From contig NC_043012.1 in NCBI RefSeq assembly GCF_006345805.1, positions 12,586,001 to 12,650,000 of the forward strand: DNA of 64,000 bases, written 5' to 3'. The translations under genes were made by a program, and so were the position numbers. Positions 1 to 11,136 of the stretch are shown here, piece by piece. The notes under the pieces were generated by a model. It had not been told where the DNA came from and ran no database searches. It saw only the letters and a list, made by a program, of their open reading frames with translations. The number at the start of each line of letters is the position of its first letter. The stretch's first letter is position 1. Origin of the DNA: Octopus sinensis. Lineage: Eukaryota.

Positions 1-141
1 TCTAGGGGACGCAACTCTACACTTTTTTAAATCTCAAAAAAAATTTACCATCATGTTTTTTCCATTTTGGCTATAACTCTCTAAAAATGCTTTATAGTTA
101 TTTCCCTTACAAACCCGAGCAACGCCGGGCGATACTGCTAG
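1..141 (+). mobile_element. Helitron 3' terminus (non-coding part only)
   Basis: GC hairpin CCCG-agcaacgc-CGGG (114-129) followed 8 nt later by CTAG (138-141) and then T, the canonical Helitron 3' end. It runs directly into (TA)n. Confidence 0.65.
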
Positions 142-143
142 TA

Positions 144-198
<55 letters not shown>
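142..198. repeat. (TA)n microsatellite, representative of dozens of TA/CA/TATG tracts in the window
   Basis: Near-pure TA run read directly from the sequence. Confidence 0.98.
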
Positions 199-201
<3 letters not shown>

Positions 202-437
202 GAAATTTGTTACAAAAAGAAAATACAAAATACACGTGGAAATGTAAGAGGAACATAAGAAAAATCAACGAAAATGCACATTGTAAATAAAAAGGAAAAG
301 GCTTTTTATGAAAGGTAACAACAGATATATACAATTAGATGAACGGAGGTAGTAATACAATTCATAAAAGACATTACGAGATGATTAAAAAGGCAGAAAA
401 CAAAGAATAACATGATTTCGTCATAAGCTAACATTTC

Positions 438-475
<38 letters not shown>

Positions 476-677
476 CATACACAGAAACACACACGCATAC
501 AGACACTTGTGCGTATATATATATTCATATATATATAGAATCCATGATATATCCTAACATCATTAAAGAGCCAGCTATGAACATTTTCAACCTATTCAGT
601 AATTAAATCAACGATCAAGCGTCCAAAAATAGAAATTACAAGTGTCAATTATTTATTGTTCATCTTATTTCCAACAG

Positions 678-766
678 ATATTAACTGAAGGCAATCGTTA
701 CTTTCTGAAACAGCAAGACGTATCGCTGCTGAAGCCCATTTCACCTGCTGTTTCTTCGGATTTAAG
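678..766 (+). CDS. Candidate isolated exon (ILTEGNRYFLKQQDVSLLKPISPAVSSDL), unknown protein
   Basis: Pyrimidine-rich acceptor ttattgttcatcttatttccaacAG and donor AAG|GTTTGT. Only one frame is open. No partner exon was identified and no homology was recognised. Confidence 0.25.
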
Positions 767-817
767 GTTTGTTAATTTTCATTATAATTTACTGTATGAA
801 ATACAAATACTGCTACC

Positions 818-843
818 ATCTATCTATCTATTTATCAATCTTT

Positions 844-918
<75 letters not shown>

Positions 919-935
919 ACTATCTATCTATCTAT
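818..935. repeat. (TATC)n microsatellite
   Basis: Direct repeat; it accounts for the LSIY/YLSI ORFs at 642-1217 and 769-1035. Confidence 0.95.
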
Positions 936-2289
936 ACATATCATTCTATTTTATCTATACAGCTATCTACCAATCTCGCCATGTATCTATCTATCCACCA
1001 CTCTCTGTTTTTCTATGAATCTATTCAAAACATAAATACGTGCGCATGCGCTCTTACGCACACTCACTCACACACACACACATACACACAGATACATATA
1101 TCTCCGTTCGTGTATCATACTAAATGTACACATGCCAGTAGAAGGCATGATACTGCCGATTTCTCTGCTATAAACATAACTTCATTGACCTCTTCTATTA
1201 GAAGACGGACATCGTAACTACAGAAACAATATTTCATTTTTGGATTTGGTTTGCAAGATTCTTTATGTGAGTTCGTGTGTTGAAGCGTATTCTGTTGAGT
1301 CTGGGGAGAGTGATTTGTGTGTGTGTGTGTACTTCTTTCTGTTAGTGTTTCCCTGTCCCCATTACTTGAAAATTGGTGTTGGCTTGTAATTTAGCGTTTC
1401 GGCAAAAGAGAACGATAGTCTTAGAACCAGGATTTAAATAATATATAAAAGTAGTGTCCAATCATGACCACAGTCCAACGGCTTAACAAACAAATGATAA
1501 ATGATGAAAGATATATACGCATACATATGCATGTGTATTTGCTCGCTTAGCTAAGTGTGATCATTTTTGTATGTTTATATGAGAAATTTACCCATATATA
1601 CACGTATGTGTATCTGTATGATATATTTTCTATCGTATATCATATGTGTTTATGTGTTTGATATCATATATTTGTCTTTATCATAGTTACAATTCATTAG
1701 CCATCATTAAACATTTGTTCACGTTTTGAATCCATACGTAATGAAATTAGTCCAACACGCTTTCTACAAACGAATCCATTATAACTGACTAAAATATAGA
1801 AATTAAGGAAAGCTAACACGAAATTAGTGTACCCATTCCAGAATGGATTTGCGCATCAATTTGTCAAAAAATATAATTAGCGAAGCCTAACAACGTTAAA
1901 ATTTCTAATAATATAGTATACTGTTGTGTTTGCAGAAAGAAATTTATGGTTTGCGAGAATGTTGATGGGATGTAGGAACAAATCATATCTCATAATTTGA
2001 TTTCAGGCTTAATGATGGACGTAAAGGAAAATGGCTCTCAAGAAAAAAAAAACAATAAAATGGCTTGCAGTAATAACATGTTTCTCAAGAGATAATAATA
2101 AAACGAGGTCATCGTTAGTTTAATCTGTAAGTTGCGTCGCCCACACTTTTAATACTCACTGTTTGTTCTGTTAACTCGGTTGCTTTAAACCAGCAAAAAT
2201 ATCTCACCACAAGTCATACACTTCTATATTAAAAAGGTCACTTTGGATAAAGCTAGTTGTAGATATACATCTATTGGCGCAGACTCTAT

Positions 2290-2390
2290 GGTAAGGAACT
2301 TGCTTCCGAAACACATGGTCCTGGGTTCAGTCCCGCTGCATGGCACCTCAGGCAAGTGTCTTCTGCTATAGCCTCGGGCCGACCACAGCC
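2290..2390 (+). mobile_element. tRNA-derived SINE family A, 5' head fragment
   Basis: ggtaag...catggtcctgggttcagtccc...ggcaagtgtcttctgctatagcctcgggccgacc matches the heads of the copies at 39431 and 40283. Confidence 0.8.
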
Positions 2391-2399
2391 TCTACGTGG

Positions 2400-3652
2400 C
2401 TTTGACATACAAGATGTGCACTGCACAGAGAATGTGTATTTGGCAACATTTTTGAAGCCTCTTCAGCAAGAGAGACAGCAACTTCAAGAATGTTATCCGA
2501 ATCCTCTGATAGTTCTTTTATTTCTTCTTAGTCAAGATTTACAGTAGTTCTTTCATCATCAGCAATTTCTTCGTTTGCGTTCAACTTCTCAATAGTTTTA
2601 ATAATATTTGATGCATTATCAGTAACAATATACATGACCTGCTTCTTTGGATTTGATATTCTTTCATAACATGTTCTATCAAGGACTGAAGGTCATCATG
2701 ACTTGATTTCATGTCTTTAACATTCACAGTTTTTGTCACAATCTTACCATCATCGTTAACAAATCTTACATTTATTGCAAAATAATTTACTCAATGCCTA
2801 GTAGCTGCGTCAATTTTTAAAAACATGTACCGGCCGTGGAGAGTTTTCTGCAATTCTTCAGTTTTTGCAGTTGCTTCGTTAACAAGTTTTCTGATACTTT
2901 GCCTGTCTGATGAAACATCAAACATTCTATCCATTTCACCATTGAGTTGAAGAAATGCTGGCTGTGAACATAAACTTAGAGATATGGTATTTTGTACAGC
3001 TAATTCAATAAGACAAGTCCTAAATGTTTCTGCAGTCATTTTTATCGTTATTTATTTCTTTATTGCTCACAAGGGGCTAAACATAGAGGGGACAAGCAAG
3101 GACAGACAAACGGATTAAGTCGATTACATCGACGCCAGTGCGTAACTGGTACTTATTTAATCGACCCCGAAAGGATGAAAGGCAAAGTCGACCTCGGCGG
3201 AATTTGAACTCAGAACGTAGCGGCAGCCGAAATACCGCTAAGCATTCCGGCCAGCGTGCTAACGTGTCTGCCAGCTCGCCGCCTTTATTGCCGCCTTTAT
3301 CGCCGCCTGTTATCGTTATTTTGTCAGAAGTAAAGAACCTTGTGACAGTTGTTTGCTTTGCAGTTGATATCCCAGTAACTGATTTTGAAGTACTTGGCTT
3401 TGCTTCTTGTGCACTTAGACCATTTACGCTTGTTTTATCCTTTTCATTTACTCTTTCTAATGCTTTTGGATAGAAGCGCTCTAAATGTCTTTCCAAATTA
3501 CTTGCTCTTGAAGGAGCGTTTTTATTAGAACATCTATAAGCACTTAATTTGCTGTTACAAATTTTTCCAGTATCATCATTATCACTATCTTCTCCATCAA
3601 TCATACACTGACACACATTATTTTTTATCTTCAGTGATAGTAAGACGTCCAA
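2400..3652 (-). pseudogene. hAT-superfamily transposase remnant (BED-finger-like N-terminus, first catalytic D region, TDNA and CxxH motifs), interrupted by a SINE
   Basis: Minus-strand translation gives ...CNSKLS...ASNLERHLERFYP... and MFLKIDAATRH*VNYFAINVRF, then after a frameshift YIVTDNASNI, and HILCAVHIL near 2410-2436. Stops and frameshifts are present. Confidence 0.85.
3054..3309 (-). mobile_element. tRNA-derived SINE family B (GGCGGCGAGCTGGCAG head, ...AAAGAAATA tail), full length
   Basis: 12-bp TSD TTATCGTTATTT at 3042-3053 and 3310-3321. Near-identical copies occur at 11574, 29674 and 52513. Confidence 0.92.
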
Positions 3653-3911
3653 CTACACTAGATTTAGCATATTTAGGTATTTGCTTTTTTTTTTCTTTCC
3701 ATATTGTTAGGACTGTGAACATCAACAACATCAATGGAAATATAAACAATATTTAATTCAGAAAAAAAAAAATCAAACACCAAAAACGCTGACCGCACAA
3801 ATTACAGTTAGTACTTAACATTAAGCATAGTTAAATTACCGTAATATTTATTAATAAATTATATATCGTCATAAAAAGTTAAGATTGAAGCTACAATGGT
3901 ATTAAAGACTT

Positions 3912-4927
3912 GATAAATTTATAGTTACACACCAGGCGCGATTTCGATACTAAATAATTTTTTACCACAATTTTTTTCCGTTCTGTTTTTTGGTGCAATC
4001 GCCTTAGTTGACCTCGTAACCTGTCAGAAATGCCTTTACCCGCGGAAAACGGAGTGGGTAAATGTGCGGTGGAACCTCGGTAATTCCCCTGCGTTTTGGT
4101 TTTCGTTGCAATCGTCTTAATTGACCTCATAATGGTTAGAAACTGCATTTTGTCCGTGGAAAACGGAGGGGTGGAGCGGAACCTAGGCCAGTCCTGGATA
4201 TATTCTGTCTCCGGATTTTTGCTGGAATCGATCATTTACTGGCGATCTGGGAGGGGTGTATATAATTTTGCTGCCTCGATAAATAAAAAATTCGTGCAGC
4301 AATTTTTTTGTTTTTGTTTTCTATAGCAGAGATAAATAAATATCAGGCCAGGTGCTGGTGTAGATAGTTTGAACAAATACTCGGCCCTTTTTACTCATTC
4401 TTTTAAATCTCGCCATTTTGTGTGTATATGTGTGCATGTGGGGTATCAAAATAATCACTTTTTTGTGTGTGTGGTTTATTAAGTAATGCTGATAACCTAA
4501 TGTGTGTATATTTTTGTAAGCCGAGCAAGAATCACTGTAGATAACTGAACCAGACTTGATGAATTTTGGAATTAGTGGAAGCAAAGTCGTTTTGTCACGC
4601 TTCTGACCAGTCAGAGGAACACAGCGGCGTTTGCTAATCAGCTCAATTCTAGCGAACAACCAAACATAAACATTTTAATCAGTATATACAATATGAAAAT
4701 AGAATTAACTGATTATATGTATGAGGTCAATAAAGACGATTGCAAAGAAAACAAAAAAACGCGGGAGACGGGGTGGGGAAGGGGAATTTCCGAGGTTCCG
4801 CCCCACCCCATACATTTCCGACAGCTTATGAGGTCAACTAAGAAGATTGGTCCCCCAGGCCCCAATAAAAATACTCGGAAAAAAAAAATTTAGTACCGAA
4901 ATTCTGGTGTGAAACCATAAATTTACC
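3912..4927 (-). mobile_element. Merlin (IS1016/IS1595-like) DNA transposon, internally deleted
   Basis: TIRs G(A/G)TAAATTTAT(A/G)GTT(A/T)CACACCAG; 8-bp TSD AAAGACTT/AAAGAATT (3904-3911, 4928-4935); repeated subterminal blocks in inverted orientation on both arms. Confidence 0.85.
4321..4659 (-). pseudogene. Merlin/ISXO2-like DDE transposase fragment
   Basis: KRDKTTLLPLIPKFIKSGSVIYSDSCSAYKNIHTLGYQHYLINH matches the IS1595/Merlin core pattern (KRD.TL..I...I..GS.I.SD...AY.....GY.H..VNH). Confidence 0.85.
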
Positions 4928-5571
4928 AAAGAATTATACTGAAAATACAAAAAAAAAAAAAAAAAAAAATTCTTCAGAATTTTAACACTCGAAACGAAAA
5001 AAACCGAATCAAATTATGGTTGTAAACGACTATCTAGTATCTTCTAGATGGTTTTTAAAGGTAACATAATTTGTGCAGAAACCTTGAACGCTACTTTCTT
5101 TTTACAATTTTATTTTCATAATCCTACGAAACATTTTATATATATGTGAAAGAATACAAGCATAAAAATTACCCTTAATTTAGTTCTTTTCGATTGAAAC
5201 ACTTCATTTAACAATCTTAAAATGTAAACTTCATAGGTCCCTTGTGCGCGTATTGCATCAGCTTTCAATTTGAAAGATGGTGAAATACAAGCAGAGGCAA
5301 GCATTCTCCTCAGCCAAAGTTTAAAACTGACGCAATTCACGGCTCACTCAAATTGATTGCAGATTACACTCATTACAGTTTGTTGTGATGCAGTCCATTA
5401 TATTTGCATGTTGTTCAAAGGATAAATTTGCGCAATCTTGTTATTATCAATTTTCAATGTAATTTATAGTGTATAACTAATTCTTAATTTGCATATATTT
5501 ACAGCCGCTTCTATTGTAGTTTAGTTTATTTGATTATGCTCCATTATAAAACATAATTAAATAAAGTATAC

Positions 5572-5978
5572 TCTTTACTCTTTTACTCTTTTACTTGTTT
5601 CAGTCATTTGACTGCGGCCATGCTGGAGCACCGCCTTTAGTCGAGCAAATCGACCCCGGGACTTATTCTTTGTAAGCCCAGTACTTATTCTATCGGTCTC
5701 TTTTGCCGAACCGCTAAGTGACGGGGACGTAAACACACCAGCATCGGTTGTCAAGCAATGCTAGGGGGACAAACAAAGACACACAAACACACACACATAC
5801 ATATATATATATACATATATACGGCAGGCTTCTTTCAGTTTCCGTCAACCAAATCCACTCACAAGGCATTGGTCGGCCCGCGGCTATAGCAGAAGACACT
5901 TGCCCAAGATACCACGCAGTGGGACTGAACCCAGAGCCATGTGGTTGTTTAGAAAGCTACTTACCAGACAGCTACTCC
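5572..5978 (-). mobile_element. SINE family A, full length, with internal CA/TA tract and (TAAAAGAG)n tail
   Basis: Reverse complement of the 39431-39840 and 40283-40710 copies; tail ctcttttactcttttactctttta. Confidence 0.9.
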
Positions 5979-6019
5979 TAAATATATTTTTTATCAAATA
6001 AACAGTATAATATTTTAGA

Positions 6020-6110
6020 GAAGTCGGAGTTAGCCGATTTTCACCGACCTTGACTCTGACTCTTAAAACACAAAAATTGTTTCGACTCCGACTCCTACTC
6101 CACAGCCCTG
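6020..6110. mobile_element. hAT-type terminus (CAGGGCTGTGGAGTAGGAGTCGGAGTCG on minus) with GGAGTC subterminal repeats
   Basis: ccgactccgactcctactccacagccctg ends at 6110. The matching opposite end was not found in the window. Confidence 0.6.
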
Positions 6111-6143
6111 TATACGTACATATATGTATTATGTGTGTGTGTG

Positions 6144-6176
<33 letters not shown>

Positions 6177-6187
6177 TTGTGCGTTTG

Positions 6188-6480
6188 ACTAAGTGGTTGG
6201 GATATTCGGCTTCCGAGAGATCGGTACTCGGCGTCGTGCTGTGTCCTTGAGCAAGATATTTCACCTCATGTTTCTCCCGTCATCCTAGCCAGCAAAAGTG
6301 AATTGTATCAGTACTTCAAAGGGTCAGCCTTGTCATATCCTGTGCCACGGTGACTCACCCCGAACACTGCGCCAAATGTATGCGCTTCTGTGGAGTGCTC
6401 AGTGATTTACACGTTAATTTCATGAGAAGGCTGTTCCGTTTATCAGATTCTCTGGAGGCCTCGTCATCGTAACTGACGGT
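6188..6480 (+). mobile_element. tRNA-derived SINE, third family, diverged
   Basis: Head with gtgtccttgagcaag. The 3' half matches the reverse complement of 57737-57880. Confidence 0.7.
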
Positions 6481-6839
6481 GTACCACTTGTGTGCGTGTG
6501 TGTTTATTTTTGTCTTTATGTTGTAAATAAAACACTTTTTTCTTGTTTTGTTTCGATTACTGCGTATTTCAGAATTTACCAATGTACAGAGGCTCTTGGA
6601 TTATACCTGTTTAATGATACCCTAGTCGTTACCAGAAAAGTCTCAAGACATTTACCACTCAGCATGGCATGTGAGATGTTGTATACGTTCGAGTATAGTC
6701 TTCCACTTTCAGTTGTAAGGGTGAAAAATATACCAAATACTAAATGTAAGTTTTCAAATTTACACTTGTTGTCAATATTGTTTTACTCTATTATTAATAC
6801 CTAACAAATGGAGAACATTACTAACACTAAAGTACTTTT

Positions 6840-6910
6840 GGATCTTTTCGGTCTGAACGGCAGTTTTTTCTAGCGGTGTAATATGAAATAGTCACCCATG
6901 ACATTAAACT
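6840..6910. mobile_element. Orphan end of the GGATCTTTTCGG Merlin-like MITE family
   Basis: ggatcttttcggtctgaacggcagtttt...gaaatagtcacccat matches the TIR and subterminal sequence of 42419-42824. Confidence 0.7.
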
Positions 6911-7428
6911 TTATCGAACATGCAACTGTTTCACCAAAATGCTGAAATAATTTCATAACATGAAAGGGAGGTGGAATAGGGAGAGGAAGGAAAACAGGAG
7001 AGCTAATAAATTCATTAAGGAAGGCCAATCGTCTGATAGCAAAGTGATCGTTAGGACAAAAATCATTTGGGTAAACAAAAATATAAATATATGACCTCTT
7101 TCTCTCTCTCTCTCCCTCCTTCTCACTTGGTTTTGATAGAGGGGTTGCGTTCTTCAGAATTCATTGAAGTGATGTTTTGTTAGCGATTTATATAGCCTGT
7201 GGGGTTTGATCATTTGCATAGCGGCCAAAAGTGTAAGTATTTGGAACTTCAACATAGAATTGTATATGTGACGGGACAAGGATTAGGTGTAAATGCATGA
7301 TTGGATAATATCACTACTTGCTATGTAATTGTTTCCGTATGTTTTTGTAAAGGTTGTGTATGTTCGATAAAATTTTGAATACCACAACTCTTCACTACCT
7401 CTTATTTCTTTCGTTCTTTACACACACA

Positions 7429-7476
<48 letters not shown>

Positions 7477-8169
7477 TACTTACAAACACATACATATATA
7501 CATACATATGTATATTATGTTTTATTACTGTAGTAGTTACTGCGTCTTCCTTATTGTATATAAAATGACTGGAGATATTTTTCTATTTTCTATCTTCTGT
7601 TTAACTTATAAATCTAAGAAGAAAAGAATCTCTTAAGAGAGCAGCACATGTTGATTTGTTGCTAGAAGCAAGAATGTGAAAGTACATATAGGTACATGCA
7701 CATACTTGTACACAACTATATCCACACAAACATACATACTCACTAGTAATCATACATCCCAATGTGAGTACTTCTATGTAACTGTGTGGCCTGCAAGAAA
7801 TATCAGACAAATATCCTCCTAACCATACCTTACCGTCTTTATAAAATGCGCTGCAGGTTAGATATTTGTGTACTTACTATGTCTGAAACAAGAATGCGAT
7901 TATCAGTGTGAGAACACTTGATCAAAGTTGGTCCACAGCTAAACAACGATAATGAAAATGTGAAGTTGTGCACAAAGAAGTAAACACCAAAGAAATTCAG
8001 TGCAATTGTTATAAACTAAGATTAGAGAGCAGGAGAATACTTTTGCTGGTGAACAAATGTTAACTTAGAGGAGAGTTCGTAGAAAATTTCAACGATTTGA
8101 TTTACTGTGAAAAGTAAAAGAAAGGAATGTCCTGTACATAACCCTCTTGTAACTCTTCTGTTTATAAAG

Positions 8170-8333
8170 GCAGGCGTGGCCGTGTGGTTAAGGAATATGC
8201 TTCCCAATCATATGGATCCAGGTTCAGTACTATATTGTAGCACACCGGGAGAGTATTTGCTACTATAGACTTAGGCCAACCAAATAAGAAGTGCGAATGA
8301 ATTTTGTAGTCGGAAAGTGTATGCAAGTCCGTC

Positions 8334-8337
<4 letters not shown>
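8170..8337 (+). mobile_element. SINE family A head, diverged
   Basis: Similar to the 39431 head; ends in cgtcgtatata. Confidence 0.7.
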
Positions 8338-8373
<36 letters not shown>

Positions 8374-8439
8374 GGTTCAAATGTGTGTGCGTATATGTGT
8401 TAAGTGTATATGTAGACGGAAACTGTATGGAAGTCCATA

Positions 8440-8486
<47 letters not shown>

Positions 8487-9479
8487 TATAAGCCTACAGA
8501 CTCCAAGCAATATCTTCCATTCAATTCATGCCACCCCAGACACACCAGGATGAATATCCCCTTCAATCTAGCAAAAAGGATATGCACTATAGTCTCTAAC
8601 GCAAACACCAGAGACACACGACTACAAGAACTAAAAGATACCCTTATCACCAGGAACTAGCCACCTTCACTTATTGACAAGTGCATTCAACGTGCCCTTC
8701 AACTTAACATCAAGGAACTGAGACATCCCAAATCAAAGAAAAACTTACAACCAAAAGCCTTACCATACATCTCCACACACAACCCTCTCAATAACGAAGC
8801 CTTCGGCACCATCCTCCACAACATACCCCTCCTAAAAAGAAGATCACAGAATGAACACAATCCTCCAAACACACACGATCATAAAAAGCAAAAGACAGCC
8901 TAGATCCATGAAAAGTCTCCTAACACAAGCCCGAATTCACTCTTCAACACAGAAGCCGACAGTAAAAAAATGTGGAAGACCCAATTGCGAGATATGCGAC
9001 AATCTAATTGAGGCATCAGAGTTCTCCTTCCAACAGGGACAACGGTTTACAGTGAAAAGCAACTTCACATGTGCTTCGGAGAACCTAATATACTCACTAA
9101 CCTGCTCCGGGTGTCAAGAGCAGTACATAGGCCAAACAAAAAATGGTTTGCATAAATGAATGGCCCTGCACAGATCCCAGATAAAAATTCCCCAAAACAG
9201 AAAAATAGCTTTTAGCCAACACATAGATACTTGCGCCAACAAAAAAACACCAAACTTCAGGATTTTCCCCCTCTACCAATTTAGGGACGATACAACCTCG
9301 AGACAACGAATAAGTAAAGAAAATCTCTTTATTACAAAATTCAAGCCACTTCTTAACGGGTCTACGACAAACAATTAATATACCTCAACTTTAGAATAAA
9401 AGAAATATATACACACACAAATATTACACTCCATAGAATCCATTACTAATCAGCCCCATCACAGCTATACTTTCACCCA

Positions 9480-9720
9480 TTCATATTCTCCCTTCTCTGT
9501 TTTTTCTTCTTCTTCTTCCTCTTCTTCTTCTTCATCATCATCATTATCATCATCATCGTCGTCATCATCATCACCACCATCATCACCATCATCTTCTCCT
9601 TCTCCTTCTTCTTCTTCTTCTTCTTCTTCTTCTTCTTCTTCTTCTTCTTCTTCTTCATCATCATCATCATCATCATCAACATCGTCATCTTCTTCTTCTT
9701 CTTCTTCTACTTCTCCACCT
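9480..9720. repeat. (TCT)n/(TCA)n tract inside the PLE 3' region
   Basis: Direct repeat; it accounts for the poly-E/D/K ORFs at 9465-9725. Confidence 0.95.
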
Positions 9721-10052
9721 TCCACCCCTTAACCTTGTCACTAATGTCTTTCAGTATAACGCCTACGCAAATTCCATAAACAATTCCTGAATTGAACTGC
9801 GACTGCTGTTAGCCACTGACCATTCAAAATACGACCATCAAGGCATTCCCAGATTTCCCCACCCCCTCTCCACATCAGCCTCCTTATTCTTCACCTACCC
9901 TACCAAGAACTCACAACGACCTCGAACACACAAGTGCAAACAAGGGAGTCAGAGAAAGGCAGAATGCTACTTATATCTGAACACTACTATAGAAATATTC
10001 TTTTAAAAAAACTTTTCTTCTAATTTTTCTAAATTTAATTATTCAATCGTTA

Positions 10053-10090
10053 CAGTTGAAAAGGTCTCAAAATGACCGAAACCGGTACTG
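10053..10090 (+). ncRNA. Decayed minimal type-I hammerhead ribozyme in the PLE terminal repeat
   Basis: CAG-TTGAAAA-GGTC(tcaaaat)GACC-GAAA-CCGG-TA-CTG. Stems I, II and III are intact; the core has C3U and G8A relative to CUGANGA. Confidence 0.65.
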
Positions 10091-10139
10091 AAAGATTCAC
10101 TATAAAATTATCTTAGCATTTTCTGTTTTTGACTTGTTT

Positions 10140-10238
<99 letters not shown>

Positions 10239-10956
10239 CGGTTCAAATGTGTGCGCGCATATGTATTGGTGTGTATGTGTGCGTGCATTTGTAGTCCACC
10301 ACCACGTCACAACTGGTGTTGGTTTGTTTACGTGCACATAAGAAACTGATTTAACAAGGACTACGCTTTAAAATATAAGTAGTGGGTCGATTTGTTTCAC
10401 CAAAACCCTTCAAGACGGCATTCCAGCATGGCCGTAGTTTCAGTGAAAGATGAAAGCTAGACTCTTCAGTGATGTTATTTACGGGATCGTTAGAAAAAGG
10501 CGGTGTTTATGACCTTCACAGGGTTGCTGGGAACCGGCAAGAGGTTGTTGTTAATGTTCTGCTTGAACTGTTCACAAATCAGTACTTAGAAGGAAAATGC
10601 AAGTTGTAGCGGGGTGATTCTACACGATTGTCCTTCTGGAGAGGAAGAAAGAGAAGGTTGGGTAAATTGTTGCTGAGTTTAATATCTTAAGCACTCTAAA
10701 GGAGGCAACGGTGCTTGCGACCACCTAGCTCCAAAAGAACACTTATTGAAGTTGCGTCAGAAATGATAAGGAGGAAACGAGTAAGAGAGAAAGAGAGAGA
10801 GAGAAGTAAGTGTGTGAGAATGAGGACGGTGAGAGGAAGAGTGTGAAAGAGCGAAAAAGAAATATAGAGAACGAGAGAAAGAGTATGCGAGCGAGAGAGT
10901 GAGGTTGAGTGTTACTGTCAAACCTTCAAGCGGTCATACTGTGTATGCCATCAATG

Positions 10957-10995
<39 letters not shown>

Positions 10996-11136
10996 ATGTT
11001 TAATCATATCAAAGGGAAATGGAATTTAATTAAAATTAAAATATTCAATCAAAATTTACATTTTCAGTGGTCTAACGTGCAAAAAAAAAGAGTCAAGAAG
11101 ACTATATATTAGTCGTACGATATAGTGTATATTTAT

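Larger units (their letters stand above)
8485..10143 (+). mobile_element. 5'-truncated Penelope-like element (Neptune-type): RT thumb, Cys linker, GIY-YIG endonuclease, 3' terminal repeat
   Basis: YYKPTDSKQYLPFNSCHPRH...IPFNLAKRIC (PLE RT C-terminus), CGRPNCEIC linker, NLIYSLTCSGCQEQYIGQT (GIY-YIG). It has two in-frame stops and one frameshift, and is flanked by (TA)n on both sides. Confidence 0.92.

Noticed and set aside
3138-3473. Recurrent MRNWYL..RPRKDERQSRPRRNLNSER ORF (also 11183, 36533, 52598)
   Set aside because: It is the antisense frame of SINE family B, not a gene family.
7878-7882. 5-nt minus-strand micro-exon (ttcttgtttcAG|ACATA|GTAAGT)
   Set aside because: Strong sites but frame-shifting, with no partner exons, and expected by chance in 64 kb.
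9157-9159. In-frame TGA in the PLE GIY-YIG region as selenocysteine
   Set aside because: The position corresponds to Arg in an L.KRM-type motif (CGA to TGA decay), not Cys. The copy also has a TAG and a frameshift, and no SECIS was seen.
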